A stretch of DNA of 63,134 bases, filler included, from Actinomycetota bacterium (GTDB lineage Bacteria; Actinomycetota; Actinomycetes; JAKEEW01): NCBI GenBank assembly GCA_046725875.1. It is 5 parts of 5 records of this genome, joined end to end, with 100 filler letters (N's around TTAATTAATTAA, not from the genome) between each part and the next. Parts side by side here need not be neighbours in the genome. Positions count along the whole stretch, not along the records: positions 1 to 15,741 come from JBKOZJ010000105.1; positions 15,842 to 26,972 come from JBKOZJ010000106.1; 3 more parts are not named here. The stretch is one strand, 5' to 3'. Below are positions 8,573 through 17,888 of the stretch, piece by piece; within the stretch, counting starts at the first letter, position 1; each line of letters begins with the position of its first letter. The notes beneath the pieces were generated by a model. It saw only the letters and a list, made by a program, of their open reading frames with translations. It searched no databases and was not told the origin of the DNA. The position numbers were made by a program, and so were the translations under genes.

Positions 8573-11059
8573 TCATTCCGAACGAGTTCCGTTGGGGCCG
8601 TTGTCGGCCGCCGTTCCGAAGTGGCCGAGCAGCACGCCCTCGCCGTCGACGCCGCCGTCAAGGACCCGTCGAATTTGCGCGAACTGCCGAGTGATCTCGT
8701 CCCGGTGCCGCTCGGCCTCCGTGGCTTCCCGGTTTGCCGTGGAACGCAGCTCGTCGGCTTCGGCCCGCGCCTGGTTGAGTGTGTGCGCGGCCTCTTGCTT
8801 CGCCTCGGCGATGGCTCGGCGGGCGGTTTCCTCGGCCTCCGCAAGCATTCCCTGTACGTGCGCCCGCGCGTTCGTCAGCCGATCGTGATATTCCGAATAT
8901 GCCGAGGCGCGCTCTTGCTCGGCCTCCGCACGGGCCTCGGTCCGCTCGCGATCGGCGGTGTCGCGCGCGGCCTTGAGGACTCGCTCGGCTTCAGCGGCCG
9001 CCGCTGTCCGGCGCTGATCGGCGGAGGCGGTCGCCTCGGCCAGCTGACGCTGAGCATCCCGCGTGGCGCCTGCGACCAAGCGCTCGGCGTCCGTCCGCGC
9101 CTTGCCAAGCAGGTGCTCCGCCTCGGACGTCGCGGCCGACATCTGCTTGCTCACCACGGATTTGACCTGATTCGCCTCGGCTCGGGTCTTGGCGAGGAGT
9201 TCGTTTGCCTCGGTCCGCGCCCCAGACACCAGGGAGTTGGCCTCGGATCGGGCGGTGGCGAGCTGCCGCTCCGACTCGGCCTGGGCTGTTGCCACGATGG
9301 ACTCCGCCTCGCGCCGCGCGGTGTCGAGCTGCCGCGTTGCCTCGGCGTTGGCCTGGGCGAGCCGGTGTTCAACGCTGGCGTTGGCCGTTGTCAACTGCTG
9401 CTCGGCGGTCGCACTGGCCTCCGCAAGCGCCTGCTCGCCCTTCGTCCGCGCCTCGTCCAGCTGCCGCCGCGCGTGACCGGAGGCCTCGGCGAGCAGCCGC
9501 TCGGCCTCGGACTTGGCGGCGGCAACCCGCTGGTCGGAATCGGCCTGGTCGGCCTCTATCCGGGCCCGAATCTCGGCTTCGTGGGCGCCCAGGGCCTGCT
9601 CGGCTTCCTTGCGTCTCGCAGCGATCTCAGCGACCGCATCCTCGACGGCGGCAGCTCGTTTCGCCTCCGCGTCGGTGAGCATTCGCTCCGCGGCCGCGCG
9701 CTGGTCGGCGAGCTCGGCCAGCGTGCGGGTCCGTAGTTTCTCGAACTCTGCCCGCTGCGCGACAATCTCGGCGTTCGCCTCGCTGCGCAGCTGGTCGATC
9801 TCGGTCCGTTCCACCTCGGCTTGCGCGCTTGCCTCGCTCCGGAGTCGGGCGGCCTCCTCCTCGGCGTTGCGGAGCAGCTTCTCGATCCGCGCCCCGGCTG
9901 CCCCGATCGAGACATGGGCCAGCTTCGCCTGCGCGTTCTCCAGCTCGGCCGTGCGCTCGGCGAGTGCCTGCTGCTGCTCGGCGAGCCGGCCATCTCGCTC
10001 CGCGAGCTGCTGGTCCCGGTCGGTGAGCCGTTGGTCTCGGTCGGCGACCTGTTGATCTCGATCGGTGAGCTGCTGGTCCCGTTCCGCGAGCGCCTGGCGC
10101 TGCTCGTCCAGTACACGGTTCCGCTCGGCGAGCGCCGTGCGGTGTTCGTTCAGCTCGCGCTCCAGGCCGGCCAGCGCCTGACTTTGCTCCGTCAGCATGC
10201 GATCGCGCTGACCCAGCGCCTGCTCGTATGTGGAGCTGTTGGCGTCGCGAGTAGCGAGCACCTGCTCGCGCTCTTGGAGCAGCCGGTCCCGGTCCGCGAG
10301 GAGGTCGGCCAGCTCACGCTCTCGGTCCTGGACCGCGGTGAGCTGCCGGCGTGCCGTTGCCAGATTGTCGTGGGCCGCGGTGAGCTGCCGTTCGAGCGTG
10401 GAGATCTCGTCGCGGGCAGCGACGAGCTGGGCGGATGTCTGAACAAGTTCGGCCCTCGTCGCATCGGTCCCGGCACCGGATGCGATCAGTTGTTCCCTGG
10501 CGGCTTCGAGCTGGTCGCGTACGCTCTCCAGCTCTGTGCGCAGCCGCGGGAACTCCTCGCTGTCAAAGCCGCCCGCGCGGGCCTGGTCGAGTTCGCGGCG
10601 CAGGTCGGCGGTCTCGATCCTGGCCCGCTCGGCCTCATGACGGGATGAGTCGAGCTCGCCGCGTAGCTGGTCGAGGATTGCGCTCAGCCGCTCCCGATCC
10701 CGTTCGGCATCGACCCGGGCTTCCTGGGCGGTCGCCAGGTCGCGCAGGATGACCTCGAGTTCCTCGCTAGCCGGCTGTGCGTCACCGGCAGCCCCGATCT
10801 GGTGGCGGACATCGGCCATCTTGCGATGGGAGTCGCGAAGGTCCCGATATGCCTGGTCGAGCTGGCTCGACAGGCTGCGGATATTGTTGACCGCCTGGTC
10901 GCGTTCAACCAGGGCGGCGGCAAGATCATCTTCGAGCCTGGTGAGATAGGCGTCGACCTGCTGCCGGTCGTAACCGCGCAGCACGATGTCGAAACCCTCG
11001 AAGTCCGGCGGCGGCCCGGCGACCACCCCCCCGACCTCGACCCACGGCTCCTGGCTCAC
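8573..11059 (-). CDS. Scy-like long coiled-coil protein with DivIVA-type head
   Basis: FDIVLRGYDRQQVD head, Ala/Glu/Arg/Gln coiled coil throughout, position between mce and filP. Confidence 0.72.
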   Translation of the reverse strand: MSQEPWVEVGGVVAGPPPDFEGFDIVLRGYDRQQVDAYLTRLEDDLAAALVERDQAVNNIRSLSSQLDQAYRDLRDSHRKMADVRHQIGAAGDAQPASEELEVILRDLATAQEARVDAERDRERLSAILDQLRGELDSSRHEAERARIETADLRRELDQARAGGFDSEEFPRLRTELESVRDQLEAAREQLIASGAGTDATRAELVQTSAQLVAARDEISTLERQLTAAHDNLATARRQLTAVQDRERELADLLADRDRLLQEREQVLATRDANSSTYEQALGQRDRMLTEQSQALAGLERELNEHRTALAERNRVLDEQRQALAERDQQLTDRDQQVADRDQRLTDRDQQLAERDGRLAEQQQALAERTAELENAQAKLAHVSIGAAGARIEKLLRNAEEEAARLRSEASAQAEVERTEIDQLRSEANAEIVAQRAEFEKLRTRTLAELADQRAAAERMLTDAEAKRAAAVEDAVAEIAARRKEAEQALGAHEAEIRARIEADQADSDQRVAAAKSEAERLLAEASGHARRQLDEARTKGEQALAEASATAEQQLTTANASVEHRLAQANAEATRQLDTARREAESIVATAQAESERQLATARSEANSLVSGARTEANELLAKTRAEANQVKSVVSKQMSAATSEAEHLLGKARTDAERLVAGATRDAQRQLAEATASADQRRTAAAAEAERVLKAARDTADRERTEARAEAEQERASAYSEYHDRLTNARAHVQGMLAEAEETARRAIAEAKQEAAHTLNQARAEADELRSTANREATEAERHRDEITRQFAQIRRVLDGGVDGEGVLLGHFGTAADNGPNGTRSE

Positions 11060-11098
11060 GGGGGTGATTCTGCCAAATCGGCGGCCCTGCCCGACGGC

Positions 11099-11177
11099 AG
11101 AAGGTGCCCCTGCTCCGATCGAATTGAGGCAGGGGCACCTTCTACTCCGAGAGGTCTGGAGGAAGGTGCCCTTCTAC
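11099..11177. repeat. REP-like palindrome / possible terminator
   Basis: Perfect 15-bp inverted repeat AGAAGGTGCCCCTGC (11099-11113) / GCAGGGGCACCTTCT (11129-11143), plus a third copy at 11162. Confidence 0.7.
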
Positions 11178-11194
11178 CAGTCTGATCCGGCGCG

Positions 11195-12541
11195 TCAGAC
11201 GTTGCGGAAGCGGTTGATCGCGTCCTCGTGGCGAGCGCGCATCTCCCGGTCCCGCACCCCAAGCCCTTCACGCGGGGCGAGGCACAGCACCCCGACCTTG
11301 CCCTGATGCATGTTGCGGTGGACGTCATACGCCGCCTGACCAGCACCGTCGAGTGGATAGGTACGCGACAAAGTCGGGTGAATGCGTCCTTTTGCGATCA
11401 ACCGGTTTGCCTCCCACGCCTCCCGGTAGTTGGCGAAGTGCGATCCGATGATCCGCTTGAGGTTCATCCACAGGTAGCGGTTGTCGTACTGATGGAGGAA
11501 ACCAGACGTCGATGCGCAGGTGACGATCGTCCCGCCGCGCTTCGCGACGAACACGCTGGCCCCGAAAGTCTCCCTGCCCGGGTGCTCGAAGACGATGTCG
11601 GGGTCGTCGCCGCCGGTCAACTCCCTGATTCGTGCCCCGAAGCGCTGCCATTCCGCCGGATCCTGGGTGTCTTCGTCCGGCCAGAACCGGAAGCCCTCGG
11701 CGGCCCGGTCGATCACCAGCTCGGCGCCCATCCGGCGGCATATCTCCGCCTTTTCTGGACTCGAGACCACACATACCGGGATGCCGCCGCCGTTCAGCGT
11801 CAACTGGGTCGCATAGGAGCCGAGCCCACCACTCGCGCCCCAGATCAGGACGATGTCGCCCTGCTTCATCGCAGCGCCGTTGAGCGACACCAGCTGCCGG
11901 TACGCCGTCGAGTTCACGAGTCCCGGGCAGGCCGCCTCCTCCCAGGTCAGGTGGGTCGGCTTAGGCATGAGCTGGTTGGCCTTGACCAACGCAAGCTCGG
12001 CGAACCCCCCGAAGTTGGTCTCGAACCCCCAAATCCGCTGCTGGGGGTCGAGCATGGTGTCGTCATGGCCTTGCGGATCTTCGAGCTCAACGGAGAGACA
12101 GTGGGCGACGATCTCGTCCCCGGGCTTCCACTTGGTGACCCCCACGCCGGTTCTCAGGACGACGCCCGCGGCGTCCGACCCGACGACGTGGTAGGGACGG
12201 TCGTGTCGGCTGGCCAGCTGGTTGATCCGGCCGTAGCGCTCGAGGAACTTGAAGGTCGGAAGCGGCTCGAAGGTCGACGTCCAGACGGTGTTGTAGTTGA
12301 TCGCGCTGGCCATGACCGCGATCAGCGCCTCAGCCGGCCCCAGCTCAGGCACGGGCACCCCATCGACATGCAACGACTTACGTGGGTCCTTGTCAGAGCT
12401 GGCCAGACCGTCGAACATGCCGACCTCGTCCTTGTGCACCGTTACCGCACGATAGGACTGGGGAATCTGCAACGCAGCGAAGTGGCCGGCTGGCGTATCG
12501 CCCGCGAGGATCGCTTCGAGGATCTCGGACATCTCGCCCAT
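11195..12541 (-). CDS. ccrA: Crotonyl-CoA carboxylase/reductase
   Basis: AINYNTVW, IWGFETNFG, GASGGLG, FEHPGRETF, CASTSG, DNRYLWM, GSHFANY. GGAGG RBS. Confidence 0.95.
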   Translation of the reverse strand: MGEMSEILEAILAGDTPAGHFAALQIPQSYRAVTVHKDEVGMFDGLASSDKDPRKSLHVDGVPVPELGPAEALIAVMASAINYNTVWTSTFEPLPTFKFLERYGRINQLASRHDRPYHVVGSDAAGVVLRTGVGVTKWKPGDEIVAHCLSVELEDPQGHDDTMLDPQQRIWGFETNFGGFAELALVKANQLMPKPTHLTWEEAACPGLVNSTAYRQLVSLNGAAMKQGDIVLIWGASGGLGSYATQLTLNGGGIPVCVVSSPEKAEICRRMGAELVIDRAAEGFRFWPDEDTQDPAEWQRFGARIRELTGGDDPDIVFEHPGRETFGASVFVAKRGGTIVTCASTSGFLHQYDNRYLWMNLKRIIGSHFANYREAWEANRLIAKGRIHPTLSRTYPLDGAGQAAYDVHRNMHQGKVGVLCLAPREGLGVRDREMRARHEDAINRFRNV

Positions 12542-12826
12542 TACTGCCTCCCGGCACCGCGCGAAATCCTCGCTCGGCCCCGCCCTGTAGCTGGTCGCGG
12601 CTCAGCTGCGTGTGCCTTGGCCGTCCGGCTGAGCTGGGAACCTCGACCGGTATCGGGCACCAGCGCTAGCAAAGATATGTGGTTGGAAGGTACTCGGCGG
12701 TAACTACCACGTGAAGCGGTAGACCCGACGGGGCGCATGTGCCGTTGCTCACGCCCGGCCACCAGACACTCCCCGTTTGGCCGCATCAGGGCCATCCTCA
12801 GTCGACCGGGCGGGTGAGGTCCACCT

Positions 12827-13270
12827 TCACGTCCCCCGGGTGGCGACGGGGCCATCATGGTTCTGGCTTGGCTGGACGAGTTCGACGAGGACACCGCCGG
12901 CGTCCTTCGGGTGGATGAAGTTGATCAGGGATCCGGCCGTGCCGCGGCGCGGCGTCTCGTACAGCAGACGCACGCCCGCCCCGCGCAACCTGGCACATTC
13001 CGCCGCGATGTCGTCGACGGTGAAGGCGAGCTGCTGGATGCCCTCCCCGCTCCGGTCCAGGAACCGCCCGATCGGGGAGTCGTCGCGCAGCGGCGCGAGT
13101 AGCTGGATGTACGCGCCCGACTCGCCGACCGCCAGCATGGCCTCGCGCACGCCTTGCTCCTCGTTGACCTCGGTGTGCACCGCCCGGAAGCCGTACAGTC
13201 GTTCGTAGGAGGCGATCGCCGCATCGAGGTCGCGAACCGCGATGCCGACGTGGTCGATCTTCTTGATCAT
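12827..13270 (-). CDS. mce: Methylmalonyl-CoA epimerase
   Basis: VOC fold: IDHVGIAV, EEQGVREAM, IQLL, NFIHPKDAGGVLVELV. Confidence 0.93.
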   Translation of the reverse strand: MIKKIDHVGIAVRDLDAAIASYERLYGFRAVHTEVNEEQGVREAMLAVGESGAYIQLLAPLRDDSPIGRFLDRSGEGIQQLAFTVDDIAAECARLRGAGVRLLYETPRRGTAGSLINFIHPKDAGGVLVELVQPSQNHDGPVATRGT

Positions 13271-13390
13271 CGGGCCTCCCGCAGGCCTTTATGTGACGGA
13301 CGTCGTGTGACGGTGGTCTGCCCGCCCGGAGCTATCGTGTCATTGGTTGTCGCTCGGTATTTCGCCTAAGTTCCTCGTGGAGGCGTTGTC

Positions 13391-14587
13391 ATGGCCGCAA
13401 ACGGTTCCGTCATCGTTGCCGGTGCCCGGACCCCGATGGGTCGGCTGCTCGGTTCGCTCAAGGACTTCTCCGGCGCTGACCTCGGCGGTTTTGCCATCAA
13501 AGGAGCGCTCGAGCGGGCTGGCGTCTCGCCCGACCAGGTCCAATACGTGATCATGGGTCAGGTCCTGCAGGCCGGCGCCGGCCAAATCACCGCACGACAG
13601 GCAGCGGTAAAGGCTGGCATTCCAATGTCCGTGCCGGCCCTGACGATCAACAAGGTCTGCTTGTCTGGCCTCGACGCCATCGCTCTCGCCGACCAGCTGA
13701 TCCGGCTTGGGGAGTTCGAGATCGTGGTCGCGGGCGGCATGGAGTCGATGACCAATGCACCACACCTGCTGCCGAAGTCCAGGGAGGGCTACAAGTACGG
13801 CCACACACAGCTGATCGACTCCATGGCATACGACGGGCTGTTCTGCGCCTTCGATCAGGTGATGATGGGTGAGTCGACCGAGACCTACAACTCGCGGCTC
13901 GGCATCGGCCGCGAGGAGCAGGACGAGTTCGCGGCCCGGTCGCACCAGCGGGCCGCCGAGGCGCAGAAGGACGGCACCTTCGACGATGAGATCGTGCCGG
14001 TCGAGATCCCACAGCGCCGCGGCGACCCGATCATCTTCAGCACGGACGAGGGCATCCGCGCCGACACCACGGTCGAGTCGCTGGCCAGGCTGAAACCCGC
14101 CTTTGCCAAGGACGGCACCATCACGGCGGGCTCCGCGTCGCAGATCTCCGACGGCGGCTGCGCGGTCGTGGTGATGAGCAAGGCCAAGGCGGAGTCGCTT
14201 GGGCTTCCGTGGCTGGCCGAGATCGGCGCCCATGGGGTCGTCGCCGGCCCGGATGCCTCGCTCCAGTCCCAGCCGGCGAACGCGATCAAGGCCGCGCTCG
14301 CCAAGGAGAGCATCGACGTCGACGCACTCGACCTGGTCGAGATCAACGAGGCGTTCGCGTCGGTGGGCCTGCAATCGATGAAGGAGCTTGGCCTCACCCC
14401 GGACCGGGTGAACGTCAATGGCGGCGCGATCGCACTCGGCCACCCGATCGGTATGTCCGGTGCCCGGCTCGGCCTCACCCTCGCGTTGGAGCTGAAGCGC
14501 CGCGGCGGCGGGATTGGCGTGGCCGCGCTGTGCGGCGGCGGTGGTCAAGGTGACGCCCTGGTGATCCGCGTGCCGCGCAACGCCTAA
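13391..14587 (+). CDS. Acetyl-CoA C-acetyltransferase (thiolase)
   Basis: [32 protein letters not shown]. Confidence 0.95.
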   Translation: MAANGSVIVAGARTPMGRLLGSLKDFSGADLGGFAIKGALERAGVSPDQVQYVIMGQVLQAGAGQITARQAAVKAGIPMSVPALTINKVCLSGLDAIALADQLIRLGEFEIVVAGGMESMTNAPHLLPKSREGYKYGHTQLIDSMAYDGLFCAFDQVMMGESTETYNSRLGIGREEQDEFAARSHQRAAEAQKDGTFDDEIVPVEIPQRRGDPIIFSTDEGIRADTTVESLARLKPAFAKDGTITAGSASQISDGGCAVVVMSKAKAESLGLPWLAEIGAHGVVAGPDASLQSQPANAIKAALAKESIDVDALDLVEINEAFASVGLQSMKELGLTPDRVNVNGGAIALGHPIGMSGARLGLTLALELKRRGGGIGVAALCGGGGQGDALVIRVPRNA

Positions 14588-14617
14588 CTCCCTCGACTGC
14601 CGCCGCTGGCAGTCACG

Positions 14618-14662
14618 TGAAGGGCGCCCTCAGTCGATAGGTCGGTCTGGGGGTTCCCTTCA
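14618..14662. repeat. Imperfect REP-like hairpin
   Basis: TGAAGGGCGCCCTCAG ... CTGGGGGTTCCCTTCA, just after the thiolase stop. Confidence 0.5.
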
Positions 14663-14830
14663 ATGTGTCGAGGACCTGTCTGGTATCACAGCGATCGATC
14701 ACCGGAATCGCGGTTAGCGCGATGCAGCCCGTCCGGCTGCCCAATCCCCACCAGCGACGGCGGGCACGTGGTCGCGGGGCCGTGTAGAGGGCTTGAGCAA
14801 GGAACGATGGGGGATAGGGTCGGCGGCGTC

Positions 14831-15741
14831 ATGAGAGGTGGCCAGGTCGACGTCGCCGAGTTGGTGGCCCGGGCCCGCAAGGGTGAGGCCCGGGCGGTCG
14901 CCCGGCTGATTTCGCTGGTCGAGGACGCTGCGCCGCAGCTTCGGTCGGTGATGGCCGCCCTCGTGCCGCACACTGGCTCGGCCTATGTCGTCGGTCTAAC
15001 GGGCGCGCCGGGTGTCGGAAAATCGACGGCGACGTCGGAGCTGGTCAATGCCTACCGGCACTCCGGCGTGCGGGTGGGCGTACTCGCCGTCGACCCGTCG
15101 TCGCCGTTCACCGGCGGCGCCCTCCTCGGCGACCGGGTACGCATGCAGGAGCATGCGACCGACCCAGAGGTCTTCATCCGGTCGATGGCGAGCCGCGGCC
15201 ATCTGGGCGGGCTTGCCTGGGCGACGCCGCAGGCGCTGCGGGTGCTCGACGCCGCGGGCTGCGATGTGATCTTGATCGAGACGGTAGGAGTGGGCCAGTC
15301 CGAGGTCGAGATCGCTGGGCTGGCTGACACAACCGTCGTGCTGCTCGCACCCGGAATGGGAGACGCGATCCAGGCCGCGAAGGCCGGCATCCTCGAGATC
15401 GGCGATGTATATGTCGTGAACAAGGCCGACCGGGAAGGCGCGGACGCGACCGCACGGGAGTTGAACCACATGCTCGCCCTCGGTGAGCGCCGCCAGCCTG
15501 GCGACTGGCGCCCGCCCATCGTGAAGACGGTGGCATCGCGGAACGAGGGTATCGACGAGGTCTTGGAGGCGCTCGCGAAGCATCGGGCCTGGCTGGAGTC
15601 CACCGGCCGGCTCGACGAGCGGCGCCGTCGCCGGGTGAGCGACGAGATCGAAACCATCGCGGTCACGGCATTGCGGGAGCGGATCGACGACCTGCACGGC
15701 GACCGACGACTCGACGTGCTCGCCGGCCGAGTTCTCGAGGG
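14831..15741 (+). CDS. meaB: Methylmalonyl-CoA mutase-associated GTPase MeaB (3' end cut by contig gap)
   Basis: GAPGVGKS, AVDPSSPFTGGALLGDRVRM, ETVGVGQSE, NKAD. Confidence 0.93.
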
Positions 15742-15841
15742 NNNNNNNNNNNNNNNNNNNNNNNNNNNNNNNNNNNNNNNNNNNNTTAATTAATTAANNN
15801 NNNNNNNNNNNNNNNNNNNNNNNNNNNNNNNNNNNNNNNNN
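15742..15841. other. Artificial contig linker
   Basis: N-run + TTAATTAATTAA (stops in all frames) + N-run. Confidence 0.98.
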
Positions 15842-16348
15842 CAGCCAGCCGACGGCGAGGACGATCAGCTCAATGATCGTGCGTACCAGCCGGATGGATC
15901 GACCGCAGCGACGAACGAGACCGGTCATCAGGCCATCCCGCGGCCCGGGCCCGAACGCGGCACCGATGTAGCAGCCGGTGGCGAACCCGCACAGCGCGAT
16001 TCCGAACACCAGAAATGCTGCACGCACGGCGAGTACGTCCGGAGCCGGCAGCGCCGCGATCCCTGCGTCCACGGCCAGTCCGATGACGACGACATTGCTG
16101 AACGTTCCCAGGCCCGGTCGTTGTCGGAGCGGGATCCAGGCCAGCAAGACCGCTGCTCCTACCACTATGGTGATCCGGCCGAACGAGATTCCGGTTCGGT
16201 CGGCGAGGCCCTGATGGAACACGTCCCACGAATCGAGGCCGAGGTTGGCCTCGTACATGAAGGCCAAACTTAGGCCGTAGAGAGCGAGACCGGCGTAGAG
16301 CTGTGCCAGACGACGTGCCACGGCGACGAGGATCGCCAGTGCTGGCAT
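15842..16348 (-). CDS. YczE/YitT-family membrane protein (partial; start uncertain, may be GTG 16321)
   Basis: RRLAQLYAGL, LGLDSWDVFHQGL, GPGPRDGLMTG. Divergent from a MocR regulator. Confidence 0.85.
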
Positions 16349-16382
16349 TGAAATCGATGGCCAGTCAGCCGATGCTGGACGT

Positions 16383-17840
16383 ATGGAGCGGCCGCGGAGG
16401 ACAATCTCCACCAGCCAGCTAACGGCCATGCTCGGCGATTGGCGGCGCGGCCAAGAACGCTTCGCGCATCGCGCACTCGCCGAGTCGCTGCGCATGCTCA
16501 TCCTGGACGGCAGGCTCCCCCTGCACGTCTGGCTGCCGGGGGAGCGTGAGCTCGCCACCGGGCTGGGAGTGAGCCGCACGACGACCTCCGCGGCCTACGC
16601 GAGCCTCAGAGAGGCCGGGTTCCTGGCTGGCCGGTCCCGCTCGGCCCCCTGGTCCCGGCTGCCGAACGACCGGGCCGCAACGCTCCCTGGCACCTACGCG
16701 GATTCACCCGCCAGCGATGTCATCGACGCCGTCCATGCGTCGCTGCCCGCTCCCGCTGTGCTGCACCAGGCGTTCGCGCGTTCGCTCGAGGAACTGCCGC
16801 GGTATCTCCCGGGGACCGGGTACGAGCTGATCGGAGTGGCCGAGCTGCGTGCCGCGATCGCCGACTCGTACACCGCGCGCGGGCTTCCGACCGCGCCGGA
16901 CCAGGTCATGGTCACGGGTGGGGCGCAGCACGGGCTGTCGCTCGTCCTGCGCATGGTGACCGGCCCCGGTGACCGGGTGCTCGTGGAGCACCCGACATAC
17001 CCGAACGTGCTCAATCTCGTCGCCCAGACCGGGTGCCGGCCGGTGCCCGTCCCGCTCGCCGGCGGCGACTGGGACGTCGACATGATCGCGGCGACCATGC
17101 GGCAGAGCGCGCCCCGGGTCGTCTACCTGATGCCGGACTTTCATAATCCAACGGGCAGCCTGATGTCCGCCGCAACCAGGCAAGCGCTCGCCGCGGCTGG
17201 GGCCGGGAGCAAGACGCTCCTCGTGGTCGACGAGTCGTTGGTCGGCTTGTCACTTGCCGGAACCACCGTGCCGCGCCCGCTTGGTGCCTACGACCATCGG
17301 GGCCACGTTGTCTGCCTCGGCTCGACGAGCAAGTCGTACTGGGGTGGACTGCGGGTCGGCTGGATCCGCGCCAGCCGAGAGCTGATCGACCGGCTGGCCG
17401 CGTTCCGTCCGGCGATCGACCTGGGCACGCCGATCCTCGAGCAGCTCGTCGCGGCGCGCCTGATCAGGGAAGGCGGCCCCGCGTTGGCGGAGCGCCGCGC
17501 CGAACTCACCAGGCGGCGGGACGCACTCCGCGCAGCGCTGCGCCGCTCGCTGCCCTCATGGCGGTTCGGCATCCCGCCGGGCGGCCTGTCCCTTTGGTGC
17601 GAACTGGACGAGCCGGTCAGCAGTGCTCTTGCGATCCGCGCGGACCGCCACGGCGTACGGGTATCCTCCGGCGCCCGATTCGGCGTCGGCGGAGCCTTCG
17701 AGCGATTCGTCCGCATTCCGTTCACGCTCCCCGAGCCGACGCTCGAGGAGGTGGCCACGCGTCTGGCGGCTGCCTACGCAGCCGTCGCCGGCGTCATAAC
17801 GACCAGAGATCAGGCCGTCGCCGGAGTCACCGTCGGCTGA
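16383..17840 (+). CDS. MocR/GabR-family PLP-dependent transcription regulator (YczR-like)
   Basis: GntR wHTH (LPGERELA..GVSRTT) plus aminotransferase domain (PDFHNPTG, STSK, GLRVGW). Confidence 0.92.
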   Translation: MERPRRTISTSQLTAMLGDWRRGQERFAHRALAESLRMLILDGRLPLHVWLPGERELATGLGVSRTTTSAAYASLREAGFLAGRSRSAPWSRLPNDRAATLPGTYADSPASDVIDAVHASLPAPAVLHQAFARSLEELPRYLPGTGYELIGVAELRAAIADSYTARGLPTAPDQVMVTGGAQHGLSLVLRMVTGPGDRVLVEHPTYPNVLNLVAQTGCRPVPVPLAGGDWDVDMIAATMRQSAPRVVYLMPDFHNPTGSLMSAATRQALAAAGAGSKTLLVVDESLVGLSLAGTTVPRPLGAYDHRGHVVCLGSTSKSYWGGLRVGWIRASRELIDRLAAFRPAIDLGTPILEQLVAARLIREGGPALAERRAELTRRRDALRAALRRSLPSWRFGIPPGGLSLWCELDEPVSSALAIRADRHGVRVSSGARFGVGGAFERFVRIPFTLPEPTLEEVATRLAAAYAAVAGVITTRDQAVAGVTVG

Positions 17841-17888
17841 CCTTCCGACGGCACTACTTCTCGGCGCAACAGATGGGATCATGCAGGA

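Noticed and set aside
15742..15841. TTAATTAATTAA palindrome within N-runs (also at 26973, 34013, 51394)
   Set aside because: Identical 100-nt artificial contig linkers, not biology. No cross-linker gene associations were inferred.
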